Origin: a virus
Lineage: Duplodnaviria > Caudoviricetes
Strand: one strand, 5' to 3'
DNA length: 59,932 nt
Virus record (IMG/VR): IMGVR_UViG_3300042560_001663
Span: 1-59,932 of that record
Below the pieces are notes generated by a model. That model was not told the DNA's origin and ran no database searches. It was given only the letters and a program-made list of their open reading frames with translations. Shown here in pieces: positions 1 through 12,600 of this stretch; position 1 is the stretch's first letter, and each line of letters begins with the position of its first letter. The position numbers and the translations under genes were made by a program.

Positions 1-2
1 GT

Positions 3-836
3 AGAAGATAAAGTTGGTTGTTTATAAGCAAACACGGCAAAGTTTGGATCAATTCCAGAACGATATAAGTTTAAATCTAACTGATAAGAATTGGATGATG
101 CAAAAGTAATAGATTGAACTACATTTGCACCATTAAGACTAGAGGAGGAAAGTTCTAAATTAGAGCCTATAGGTTGATTCTGTATATCAAAATACTGATT
201 CCCTGCCCAACGATTTTTGTAGGAATTTCCTCTGTCAGAGGTATTAGTAGTGTCCCAAGGATGAAATCCAGATCCACTCATTATATACATTTGAGTATTC
301 GAAGTCGGTTGAAATCCTCTATAAGTATTTCCAAAGTTTTTATTAGACTGAATTGTATGTCTTACAACTCCCCAAGGATATAATGATCCTGCAGTCACAT
401 CTTTATCGTAAAAGGTATTGGTAGATCCATATCCAACTGGAGAAACACCACCAGCAACTTGAACAGTAATTCCAATTCCAGTAGCACCATTTGCAGATCC
501 ACCGATATCCTCTGCGGATAATGTCACATATTCTCCATCAGTATAACCATATCCAGGACGATTAACATAAATTGCATTTACTGGCCCATTATTTCTATAA
601 ACAGCAAAACTTGCTCCAGTCCCGATACCTGTAGTTGTCGCAGGAAAAACATCATAATAATCTGTGTTTGAAGTTCCAACTATTCCACCACCACTATAAG
701 CACTAATACCTGTTACAATGCCAGTTTGAGTTCCTCCGTGCCAACCTAACCAAGTAAATGCTTCTTCAAGTTGTAGAACAACATCAGTTCTTGCCCATCC
801 TGCTGATTTTGAAATTGTAGTTGTTGTAATTGCCAT
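3..836 (-). CDS. Partial (runs off window) virion structural / tail-associated protein
   Basis: Not in ORF track. ATG at 834-836 opens MAITTTTISKSAGWARTDVVLQLEEAFTWLGWHGG..., open to the window edge; Gly/Thr/Ser-rich with 'VNRPGYGY' and 'GIGT' motifs like the neighbouring structural proteins; starts 7 nt after the stop of 844..3615. Confidence 0.75.
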   Translation of the reverse strand, partial: MAITTTTISKSAGWARTDVVLQLEEAFTWLGWHGGTQTGIVTGISAYSGGGIVGTSNTDYYDVFPATTTGIGTGASFAVYRNNGPVNAIYVNRPGYGYTDGEYVTLSAEDIGGSANGATGIGITVQVAGGVSPVGYGSTNTFYDKDVTAGSLYPWGVVRHTIQSNKNFGNTYRGFQPTSNTQMYIMSGSGFHPWDTTNTSDRGNSYKNRWAGNQYFDIQNQPIGSNLELSSSSLNGANVVQSITFASSNSYQLDLNLYRSGIDPNFAVFAYKQPTLSS

Positions 837-843
837 TTGTTAC

Positions 844-3615
844 TTATGCCTCCAGTTGAAGAATGGTTAGGTTTGCTGTGATTGCTTGAGTAGAACCAGA
901 AAGATTTGTGATTGCTGCATAAATTGTGGTATCAGCAGGATTATCTAAATTACCGCCCATTACAAAAGGAGAAATAATCTGAGTTGTTGAAATACCTGTT
1001 GTAACAACTTCAGCAATCACTCCACTTCCAGGTGATGGATCAATACCAACACTTCTGGATGCATCATTTGATCTTGATGTGCTATCAGTATATAGTCTTA
1101 ACCATCCTGCAGTGGATAAACCAACTTTCATCAGAGCATATGACTTAAATCCAGTGATGTTGGTATTTCCAATTCCATTATTTACTATTGAAGTCGTAAC
1201 TCCAGTGACTGTGGTTCTTGATTGTAAAGAACCGCCAGAAGCAGTAATTGTTGCAATACCCGAATTAAATGTAACATCAAGTCCAGTTCCAAAATTAACT
1301 GTTACTGCGGATCCAACTGGAGTATTATCATCTCTAATTGCGATTCCAGTTCCCGCAGCGGTAACATTTAATAATGCAGAACCATCAATAGCAGGAAGTG
1401 ATCCCGTCAATTGTCCTGCTGGTAGATTAGTGAGTCCTGAACCAGATCCAGAGAATGATGATGCCGTAACTATACCAGAAACTAATGTATCACCAGAAAC
1501 TGTAAGTTTTGATGTTGGATTTGTTGTCCCAAATCCAGCATTTCCAGATCCTACAATTCTAAATCTTTCTAAATCATTGGTTCCTAAAATTAATGGAGCA
1601 TTATCAATATTAAACAGTGAGAGTGAATTTGAAGAAACTGTGGGATAATTGATATTATTATAAGAAGAACCAACTTTTGCAAGGAATCCAACTCCACCAG
1701 AATTGTTTGTAAAATAAAGTTGTCCTGCACCAGTGGATGATGAAGATTGAATATGAATGTCGGGAGCCGAGCCATAAATATGGATTTCTTCATTTGGATT
1801 TGTAGTGCCAATTCCAATTGAAGAATTACTGATTAATCTGGAAGCAGTAACAACTCCAACATTAAGGTTTGGAGTTCCCGCAAGTGCATAAGCAGTTGTT
1901 GCAGCAGATACTGAACTTGCACCAGAAACAGTGGCAATACCTGAAGCAAAAGAAACACTGACATTATTTCCAAAGTCAATAGTTCCAGCGGTTCCAACTG
2001 GTGTTCCATCTTCTCGAACTACAACACCACTTCCAGAACCAGTTACATTAATCAATGCAGATCCATCAATAGCTGGAAGGGCACCAGTTAATTGACTTGC
2101 ATTTAATGTTCCATGGAAACTAGTCGCAGATACAACACCAGCAACTGTGAGTGCTTCTGTAACTATTGTGGTCTTGATACCTACATTGCCACTTGAATTG
2201 ATATACTGACGAATATTTCCTTGACCATCAGCAATAACTACATTGTTTGATGATGTACGGATGTCTAGATTTCCAGAGTTTCCATCATAGGCACCAAGAA
2301 TTACATTATATGAACCTGTAGAAACCTTCTGCCCTGCTCTCTCACCAATACCAATGTTATATTGTCCAGTAGTTGTATCATAGTATGAAAGTTCTCCAAT
2401 ACCAATATTTCTACCAGATCCTCCACTCAAAGATGCAAGAACTTGATCTCCAATTGCAATATTTCTTCCACTTCCAGAACCTGTAGGTAGATTACCAAAT
2501 CTCAAGTTAGAACTAGCATCCGCTTGAATTCTTCCTTGAGAAATTGTAGTAATACCAGAGACATTCAATGATGATGCATTTGCTGTTCCACCAGTAAGAT
2601 TAGTTGCATCTGTGATAGATCCCGAAAAGTTTCCTACAAATGTTGTGGCAGTAACTACTCCAGAAATTAATGCATTACCATTAACAGTAAGGGTGCTTGT
2701 TGGATTTGTGGTTCCTATTCCAACATTAGAAAGTGTATGAATTCCTGCGTTTGTTGATACCCAATATGATTCTCCAGAACCACCTCCACCTGTACTAGTA
2801 ATAGTAACTTTACCAGTACTCTGGTCTATAGAGATTCCAGAACCTGCTTCAATATAAGTTACAATTCCTGTTAATGAAGATCCGTTTCCAGTAGAACTTA
2901 ATAATCCTGTAGTTGCTAAACCAACATAAGTTTCTGTTGCATATGTAGACGTATCAACAGATCCATCTGCCTTTAAAAATTGACTTGAAGTTCCTCCAGT
3001 CTTTACAAATGAAGATGCAGTTACAACTCCAACACTCATTCCAAAACTTGAGGTATTGCCAAGTCCTAATGTATCATTGAGAGTTTGAGAACCTCCCCCA
3101 CCACCAGTTGCAGTAATCGTAACATTGCCAGTTGATTGATCAACAGAAATTCCAGAACCTGCAGTAATATAAGTTACTGCAGCTCCAGTTAAAGTTGCAC
3201 CCCCTAAATTAATAGAAGAAGCATTTATAACTCCAGAATTTCCGTCAATAGTTACCCCTAAACCAACAGTAATTGTATTATTTGTTCCATCTAATGTTAT
3301 TGATGATGTCCCAACCGTAAGAATTCCAGTTATTCTTGCGTCTCCATTAACCCACAAAGAAGTTCCCGATGCACCTACCGAACCAACTTCTAAAGAAAAT
3401 CTTGGATCAATTGTGCCAATACCAACATTGCTTAATGTGTTAATACCAGAAATTGTCTTATCCCAGATAGGTGCAGAAAGTGTGTCAGTACTTCCTGCAC
3501 CCAAATAAGTATAAAGTTCTAGAAAATTACTATTGATTTTTCCGCCAGCAGCACGTAGGGAGTCTCCCGTTCCATCATTTCCTATAGCACCAGTGTTTAT
3601 TCCTAGTCTTGCCAT
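844..3615 (-). CDS. Tail fibre-like structural protein (923 aa) with internal repeats
   Basis: N-terminal INTGAIGNDGTGDSLRAAGGKINSNFLELY resembles the T4 gp9/gp10-type baseplate-attachment N-terminus; repeated NVGIGTTNP modules and duplicated LTG.LPAIDGSAL.NVT blocks; late-type promoter upstream. Confidence 0.75.
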   Translation of the reverse strand: MARLGINTGAIGNDGTGDSLRAAGGKINSNFLELYTYLGAGSTDTLSAPIWDKTISGINTLSNVGIGTIDPRFSLEVGSVGASGTSLWVNGDARITGILTVGTSSITLDGTNNTITVGLGVTIDGNSGVINASSINLGGATLTGAAVTYITAGSGISVDQSTGNVTITATGGGGGSQTLNDTLGLGNTSSFGMSVGVVTASSFVKTGGTSSQFLKADGSVDTSTYATETYVGLATTGLLSSTGNGSSLTGIVTYIEAGSGISIDQSTGKVTITSTGGGGSGESYWVSTNAGIHTLSNVGIGTTNPTSTLTVNGNALISGVVTATTFVGNFSGSITDATNLTGGTANASSLNVSGITTISQGRIQADASSNLRFGNLPTGSGSGRNIAIGDQVLASLSGGSGRNIGIGELSYYDTTTGQYNIGIGERAGQKVSTGSYNVILGAYDGNSGNLDIRTSSNNVVIADGQGNIRQYINSSGNVGIKTTIVTEALTVAGVVSATSFHGTLNASQLTGALPAIDGSALINVTGSGSGVVVREDGTPVGTAGTIDFGNNVSVSFASGIATVSGASSVSAATTAYALAGTPNLNVGVVTASRLISNSSIGIGTTNPNEEIHIYGSAPDIHIQSSSSTGAGQLYFTNNSGGVGFLAKVGSSYNNINYPTVSSNSLSLFNIDNAPLILGTNDLERFRIVGSGNAGFGTTNPTSKLTVSGDTLVSGIVTASSFSGSGSGLTNLPAGQLTGSLPAIDGSALLNVTAAGTGIAIRDDNTPVGSAVTVNFGTGLDVTFNSGIATITASGGSLQSRTTVTGVTTSIVNNGIGNTNITGFKSYALMKVGLSTAGWLRLYTDSTSRSNDASRSVGIDPSPGSGVIAEVVTTGISTTQIISPFVMGGNLDNPADTTIYAAITNLSGSTQAITANLTILQLEA

Positions 3616-3637
3616 TACTGCGACTTTATTGTAGAAA

Positions 3638-3644
3638 TATTTAG
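3638..3644 (-). promoter_or_regulatory. T4-type late promoter variant (CTAAATA)
   Basis: TAAATA core 22 nt upstream of the tail-fibre ATG. Confidence 0.5.
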
Positions 3645-6600
3645 ACTATGTAATTTCTGAATTTTAGTGATGATGTTCTTTGAACTACTGCCGAAGTAGT
3701 AATTCCACCAATTCCCATATTTCCGTAGAAATTAAATTGATTTTCTTCACTTCTATTTTTTAAATCAATTTTACCCCAACTAAAATTACCAAAAGAAGGT
3801 GATGTTGTAATAATTCCAGTATACCCAGATCCAGAAGTTTTAAGAGAATCAAATTTAAATACTTCAGAATCAAAAGTAATATTTGTAGAACTAAAATCTA
3901 TAGTTATTCCAATTCCAGTAATTCTAGTATAGATTCGTTTTACAAAAGTTGTACCAATACCAACCACATCAGTTTCTGTAACAAAAATACTATCAACCTG
4001 ATAGACATTATCTATGAATTGAGTGCCTACACCAATAACATTAGTATCAAAATCTAATGATTTTATTGATGTTGATGCTAATCCAACATTTGAATCGTAA
4101 ACTACAAAATAATCATTAACATTAAGTGAACTTATAGTAATTGCAGTTCCTACTAAAGATTGATTTCTGAGGAAAGAATCTTCGGGAATATACAAATCAA
4201 AAATAAATTTATCGATTGAATCTTGTGTCGTTGTTCCAAATCCAACTATAATTCCAGAATCTCCGGAGTATGAAGAAACCTGATTAGTTTCAATAATTGG
4301 TGTTGGTGATGATATAAGGACAGATGGTGGATTTGTACTTGTATATCCAGATCCTGGATTTGTAATTGAGATTCCTGCCACAGTCCCAGCAGCACTAATA
4401 ATTGCAGAACCAAATGCCTGAGTTGAAGTATTAACTCCAATAGTTGATCCGAAACTAACTGTAGCAGTTGTATATCCAACACCACCATCAGAAATAGCAA
4501 CAGATAAAATTGTACCCATTCCAGAAACAATAGCAGTTCCAATTGCACCCGATTTAGGATCCTGTGATATTAGTTTTATACTCTTTTGAAAAGTTAAAGA
4601 AACATCATTTTCATTTTGAGAGTCAAAGAATGGTTTCAAATTATCAACATAAATTGTTGTTGAACCAATGCCAACAGATTTAATAATATATGCAAAAGGA
4701 TTAATAATTGGTTCATATAATTCCCTATCTTTTCCTACTTCCTTCTCGTTGATAATTTTATCTTCAGTTTGTCTACACCAAGTAACTGGTCTAACTAATC
4801 TTGAATCATTTGATAAACCTGGGCCATAGTAAGGTAAGGTTTTAACTAAATCTACTGATTTTAGAAAATCGACAGTTCTTTCTGTTTCTTGTAACAATTC
4901 GGTTTGGCCTAAAATTGCATCATAACCAATCGTCAATTCATCGCCAGATTTAATAGTTTCTAAAATATTTCTTTCGATGACATCTACTGATCCAGTTCCT
5001 TTATAAAAAATAATCTTACAAGTATCACCAATTCTTGGAGGTTCTGTAAATGTAATTACACTGCCACCGGCAAATTCAAACCCAATTCCAGGAACTTGTA
5101 ATACATCATTTAAAAATACCAAAAGATTATCTTGAATATTAATGTTTGATCCTATTGCAGATCTTAATGAAATCAATGATCCTGCAACTAATAGTGGGAA
5201 AATAGTTCTAGAACCATCAAATAAATTTTCAGGAGTATCTAAAACCTGAAGTTCTCCGATTGACCATCCAGTAAACTTATCAGTAATAGTTTTTTGAATA
5301 GAAATTTGAAATTCTTTGAAAGTTTTTGTTGGATCTGTAGGAATGCCAACAGTTCCACCAACAGAAACTGTAAGTATTTCTCCCTGACCATATCCATATC
5401 CAAGATTTTTAATTTCAAAATCTATCACACTTGACCCTTGTCCAACTACCACATCAATAGTTGCCTGACTTCCCAATCCAGATAAAGAATCGGCACTATA
5501 GATTAGTGGCAGATCCGAATAAGAAAGTGGATCATCGATTATTACATATGGTGGGTTTGAAGAAGTATATCCTGTTCCTGGATTTGTAATTGAAACTCCA
5601 ACAATGTGCCCATTATTTACAATTGCAGTTCCAATGAATTGTATTGAGAGTGTATCTGTACTTGATGTTGCAACACCAACTCTTACTGTCTGAAGACCAG
5701 ATCTATACCCAGAACCACTATTACCAATGCTGACAGATGAAATCGTGCCCAAACCAGAAACAATCGCAGTCCCACCAGCAGATACTAAAGGTTGATATCC
5801 AAAACCTTCAGTAGAACCAACCGAAATAATTATACCACCAGCGGGTATAGATGCAGTATTAACATCATATGCAATTGACGTTGCACCACCAACGAAGGTA
5901 ATAGACGTTATCCCAATAGATTCTGTAAGATAATAATTATTTGTTAATCCTGGACCTTGAAAAATGTCATTAATTAAAATGATGGAATTTTCAGATGAAA
6001 TGTCAGAAGTATTTGATCCATTTGATTTTAAAGTAAATGATTTAGTTTTTCCATTAAACTGTTCCGAAATATCATCAAATATATAATTTCTGTAATATGT
6101 CTCATTTGCACTATCAGATATTCCAGATTTTAGGAATGTTCTCCCTTGAAATTTGGAACTAGTTGTTATCCCTACCCAATCCCTTTCATCTGGGCTTTCT
6201 GTAGAATTTGAAAGGGGAACATTTCCATAAGGAGCTTCTGAAAAATTTAGCGTATTATCTATAATATTATAATTTCCTACAACTTTTGTAACAAGTGTTC
6301 CCGTTGAATATCCTGCAATAGTCGTTCCCATCCAAGGTCTTCTAACTCTAAAAATATTTGTATTCGCCACTCCAACAGATTCAATTTTCATAATTTCATT
6401 ACCAATCTTAATCAAGTCTCCACCAAAAAATGAAGTTATTCCTGCAACATATATCAAATCGTCCGTAGTAAATACATTTTTTGATAATATTGTTGTTTGG
6501 GCTGTTGATGTAATTGGTGATTGTATAATATTATCAATTGCAATTATCGCTTTAGCATTTTGATTATTTGCAGTAAATGTATGAGTAGTTCCTATTCCAA

Positions 6601-9600
6601 CAGACGTTAAATCTAAAATTTTTGGTATGAATTTTAAAGCATCTTCTGCACTTTTTGCCAATTTAATTGTATTTTCATTAACCTTCACAATATAAACTGT
6701 TGATGGTAATTTATTAGTAATTCCTATTCCAACACCAAAATCAGTTGTACCTATACCTATAGATTGAGTTGTTCCTGCACCTGGATTTGTATAAGTAATT
6801 TTTTCTCCAGTAACAAAAAAGTGATTGGGAATAGTGATAGTATCCAAAGAAGTGTTTACAATAAGCGGACTACTTCCGTCAAAATCTCTTTTGAAAATTT
6901 GATTTCCTTTGTGGTTCAAAGGGAAATCACGTTTAATATCACTCTCGGTTCCAAAATAGGTTCCATAATTTGTTTCTATACTTCCATTATTAAGTGATAA
7001 TATATCTTTTTCATCATCTTGATGTCTTAATGCGTTAGAAAATCCAACAATTCTAGTATCAATATTTGGTAATGGAGTGAAAGTAAGTTCTGTTACTAAA
7101 CCATTTTTTCTGAATCCAAAAGTTCCCAATCCAGAATTGGTTTCAATGTTTCCAAATTCAAGAATATACGTTTCACCTGGGTTTTCATCAGTTTGATCGT
7201 CCAAAAGAACAATTTCAGATAATTGATACCTATTATTTGTAGTATCAGCAACTTGAATTAAACAATATGAACAATCGTAATCTTTTAGATATTCAATTAT
7301 AGGAGTTTCAGTTGGGGATATAGATGATAATATTGAAGTTGAAATACCTTGAAGTTCGGCGTGTTTCATATCATATGCATCAATTCCGAAAAAAGTTCCT
7401 CCCAATAATGTTTGGAAAGTATTAATCGTTACTGCAATTCCTGTATTTGGATAAAAATCAATTTTTAATTCTGATCCCGAAATATAGGGATGATAAGTTC
7501 CCAATCCAGAACTAGAATATGGGTTTAATGAATCATTTGTAATTTGGCCATATTGCAATAATTCAACGTTAATTCCATCGTGTACGATATTAAGTTCATC
7601 AAATTCATATTGTCCATTAGAACCTGCAATTTCAACTAAAACTTTTGCAGAATTATATGTTGTTCCAATTCCAACAATGCTTGTTGATCCAGAAGATACA
7701 AATTCACTACTAGTTTTTATTATTACAAAATCTCCAAAACTAGATGTACCAATTCCTAGCATTGAATCTTTTAGATTGTATGATAATGTAGTAATATTAT
7801 AATTATTAATCGAATATTTTACTGGATTAAAGGTTAGAACTCCTTCAGTTCCTTCAATAAAAAAGTCGAAAGACCCCAAATCATATGAAGATTCTAATCT
7901 TGCATATTGATTAAGATACCCAACTCCTTTAGAATGTAGCAAAGAAACTAACATTAATTGTCTTTGTCCAGTAAATCTTCTATCACTTACAAAAGTAACA
8001 TATTTTTGTGCTCTTGCATTAAAAAGTGAAAATCTATGAACTTCAGAAAATCTTGTAAATCTTGGATTGCTGCTAAATTGTGAACTTATATCATCAATTG
8101 ATAAAACTCTATTACCAATAGATTCAAAATAATCAGTTAGAATTCTACTGGAAAATGTGATTTCATCAGAAAAATATCTTTCGGAAATTGAAAGAGAATT
8201 TTCTTTTACTAAATCAAAATCTGTTACACAATTCAAATCCGCAGATCCAACTATATCTACAACAACATCTACATAAGTTTTTTCTGTAGAAATTCCTATG
8301 GACATAGAATTAGAATTTTTTGTTTCTAATTGATATTCCGAAAACTTTTTAAATCCAGTTGTATGATTTAAAGTACTAACCGCATCTTTCCAAGAATCAT
8401 AACTTACTGAAGATTTAATTGAATATGAGAAATTTTGATAGAAATCACTATCCTGAATTCTTTCGGAGTTGAGATTTAAGAATCCAGCACTCGTTTGCCA
8501 TCCATTATTAACTAATGATGAAGAGTCTAAATTAAAAAATGAATCTGTTGTATCCACTAAACTTGCTATTCCTTGAGTTTTTGAAGTTAATCCTTCAACA
8601 ATCTCTCCTGGAATAAAATTTTCTTTTGATACTGCTCTTAATTGATTTGTTATTGGGTTCCACCCATCAACATAACCAAAAGTAGAATTAGATTTAATAT
8701 TTTCCCCAATAAAGTAATTATTTTTTTGCAGTTCGACATTAAAAGTTGGAAAATATTTTTCAGGAATTATTCTTCCCGACGAATTAACAGGATCATAATT
8801 TCCTGGAACTTGTGATTCGGACAATAAACCATTTAAACTATAAGATACAGATCCTATTCCACCTCTATTTTCAGTCACAGAAGTGAGAGTGAACAATTTA
8901 TAATTATAATTTTCGGAATTATAGCCAATACCAGTCGAACCTACTCCCACACTAACATTTTCGATCATAACTTTGTCATTCACTTTAAATGGGAATGAAT
9001 CTGATGTACTAAATCCAACAGATAAAGTAACAGTTACTTCTTTGTTTAGTGAATTATACTTTATAGATCCTATACCAACACCATTTGAATTTTGTATGGG
9101 TAAAATAATTGGAGAGACATTACTTAAACTATATGCATTTTTGCGTATTTCTACATCATTGCTTCCTAAAGTATATTTTAGATCAATTTCTGGAATAAGT
9201 TCGTTTGTTTTTCCATCAAATACTAAAAGTTTTGGTGATGTATTATAACCTCTACCAAAAGAATTAATTCCTACGGATTTAAGTGATGATAAAGGTTCTA
9301 TCTTTACAATTTGATTTAATGAAATACTTGGTCTTAGAGTAAAATCACTTGGAAAATCAAATCCAATATCATTAATTTTTGTTTTTTTAATATTTCCGAT
9401 CGAATAACTCGATGCCTCTAACAGAGCATTTTTCCCGAATTGAGAAACAATCGTAGAAATTCCAGGCAAAGCATAATAATTTCTGCCCTTATTAACTATT
9501 TCTACTTCAAATATTGGACCAAGAGCATTTATTGAATCTGTGTTATATTCAATATTTGAAGAGGAATCGGCATAAAAAATATTTTCTGGTGTTTGTGGTA

Positions 9601-12600
9601 ATGTATATGTAAATGATGTAGATGAAAGAGAAGTTATTGTTTGTTTTCCATTATACTTACTGGAAGTAATTTCAATTTGATTATTAAAAATTACCTCAGA
9701 ATCTATATTAATTTTTTTCTTTTCTTCTGGAAGAACATCGTCATAAACTGGAGTTAATTTATAATATAACTTGTTTGGAATATCATCATTAATAGTTAAA
9801 GTAACCTTTGCATCACTTGTAACTCCAACTATTCCCGTTTTTTGAACTTCGAATTGATTTTTTTTCTTACTTGATTCAAATTTTTGAGTAAAATTGCTGT
9901 CTTTATAAAAATCTAAACTAAATGCTGGATATCTTTGAGATTGATTCGCATAAGAAAGAGAAGAATCTGCTAAATCAAAAATAGCAGTTGAATTTTTATA
10001 GAGTGTTATTGGTGGATTAACTGGTAAAATCGTTCCAAATGAAGAACTTGTAATTCCTACAGGTATTGGTTTTATTATCGTTGCAGTATAAAAAGTATCG
10101 GATAATTTGATATTATTTTTATCTACTCTTATTACATAATATTCTTTCTCACTTTGTAAACCACCCGCGGGTGAAGATGATGTATGTATTACCTTTTGTC
10201 CGTTATATAACTGGTGATCTTGTATGGTGATAGTATTCGTAAATGTATTGACACCGACAGAAACAAACGTCTTTGGATTGATTCCTATTTTTCTATTGTA
10301 ATCATTATATTTTACAGTAAATGTCGTCGAAATTGATGGATTAACGTTAACATAAACGGTATCATTATTATTCAATCCGTGAGTTGATGAGCAAGAAACT
10401 GTAACAAGATTTCTTTCAATTGTTCCAGAAATTACATCAAAATTAGTTTTAAAGCTATGATAGACTCCAGATCCCAATCCCATAAAATATAATGTAGATT
10501 GAGATCTTTGAGTACTAGCAATACCAACAAAAGTACCAGTAGATCCAAGTCCAACTTGAACCGTAGATATACCAATCAAATCATTAGAAATTTTTGCAAC
10601 ATAAACGTTTGATTGGTTGGCAAGAGTGGTAGTTCCAATTCCTGTTGATGAAACTACTAAAGATAATCCACCATTGTTTGAATAGGTAACAAGATCACCA
10701 GTCTCTAGTCCGTGATTTGGAATATAAATTGTTTTAGTTGGAATAAAAATTTGAGTTATTCCTGCTCCAGGATTGCTAAATGTGATAGTTGTACCAATAC
10801 CAACTCCAGATAGAGATCCAAGTCCAACAGAATCTATTGGATCAAAATATAATTCGGTATTAATTCGATAATCATAAGAAGTTTTATAACCTACATTAAT
10901 AATTAATTTTCTCGAATCCTCCTTGAGTTGAGTTGATGATGTATGAGCAGAACCAATTGTCCCCTGATATGATCGAATAACTCTAATTCTTGAATTTAGA
11001 CTATCAACATTGAGGACTTTTAATTTTTCATTCTCAATAGAAAGAATATCATTTTCTTTTATATTTGGATATTTTAAATTACCAGAAACCTTGATGTAAG
11101 TAATAATTCCAGTCACTCCAGCACTTTCAATGCCAGTGACCACAGTTCCTGAATTTATAACACTTAGAATATTTGTTGATATTCCTGCTTTATATGACCC
11201 CTCTATCAAAGAAGATGTTGTATTTAATCCATAAACAGACACAAAGTCACCATTTTTAAAATTATGTGGTTCATTTGCAATAATTATGTAATCACCATTA
11301 TTTCCTGTTGGGTATATTTCTGCATTAGAAATAGTACTAGATGCAACACTTACTGAAGATACATATTTTCCCTCAATTTTGGAAATTTTGGCACTTAAAT
11401 TATAACCTTGAGTACCTGTATTATTAAAAATAATAGAATCATTAACTTTATAGTTTTGCCCTCCCGTTACAATTCCTATTGATTCTACTGAACCAGGAGA
11501 TGCAAATTCAACATCTATTGTTTGATTTAAATTGTTTGGTGCAGTTATGTATGAATATGAAGCTTCATCATTTATTAAATTATAAAAATAAGTGTTTCTT
11601 AACCACCCAGTCTCATTTAAGTCAATATCATCCTGATTTGATTTTTTTGCAAAATTAAATTCTATTGGTTTTGATTTAAAGTAATTACCAATTAAATATG
11701 GAAATTTTGGTTGCTTGTAAGTTGCAAATTTTCCACTACTATCAGAAAATTCTTCTAAAGTAGAAAAGTATGCATAAGTTCCTTCTGGAAATTCTGGAGT
11801 AACGCAAAATCTTCCATTATTCTCATCAAGAAATCTATCATCACTTTTTTTATAAAAGGTAAAATCTTCTACAAAAAAACCAAGATCGAAAGAATTTATA
11901 GATGGCCTATTTGGTTTTGGAGATTCATCACGATCATATCCGGACTTAAGTTGAGTGACAACTCCTCCCGTTTTTGTTATATACCCATATGGACCATAAA
12001 TTGGATTACCATCATATGCCCACCCAATAATGGGAGAATGACTTGTTGTATCTACTTCTACATTATTTTGCTTTATTAAATCAGTTTTTCCATATACTTT
12101 ATTTCCACTCTGATCTGATGGTTGAATTATCTCTCTTAATTTTCTTGGAGCATATAAATGGGAATATTGAAGTCCAAAGCTCTCATTTAACCCATTGGAA
12201 ATAATACCATCATCAGAAGTTATTGAAGAATAATATTTTTTAAATAAATTAATTGTCCAAGATTGTATCTTTGCTACAAATTCTGCCGAAGAACCTGAAG
12301 GAATTATATCTACAGAGGTTGATTCTGGTGAATATCCTATCCCATTTTCAATTACTTTTACAGATGTCAATTGATTATTGGTGATTATTGGAGTTAAAAC
12401 AGCGCCAGTTCCTGTTCCATTTATTATTAAACTTGGAGGAGAATTATATTCTGATCCAGTATTATCAATTAACACTTCAGTAATTTTCCCGTCAGTAGAA
12501 ACGATGGGATTTAACTGTGCAGATTTTCCAGATTTTAAAACAAAAGATGGTTGCCTATAAAAATTAATTATTTCCGAGGATCCATATCCAATTCCACCCG

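Noticed and set aside
1079-1648. 189-aa plus-strand ORF (and other + ORFs such as 8973..9248, 21560..22012, 32751..33377)
   Set aside because: Antisense shadows of well-supported minus-strand genes; no recognisable motifs or translation signals.
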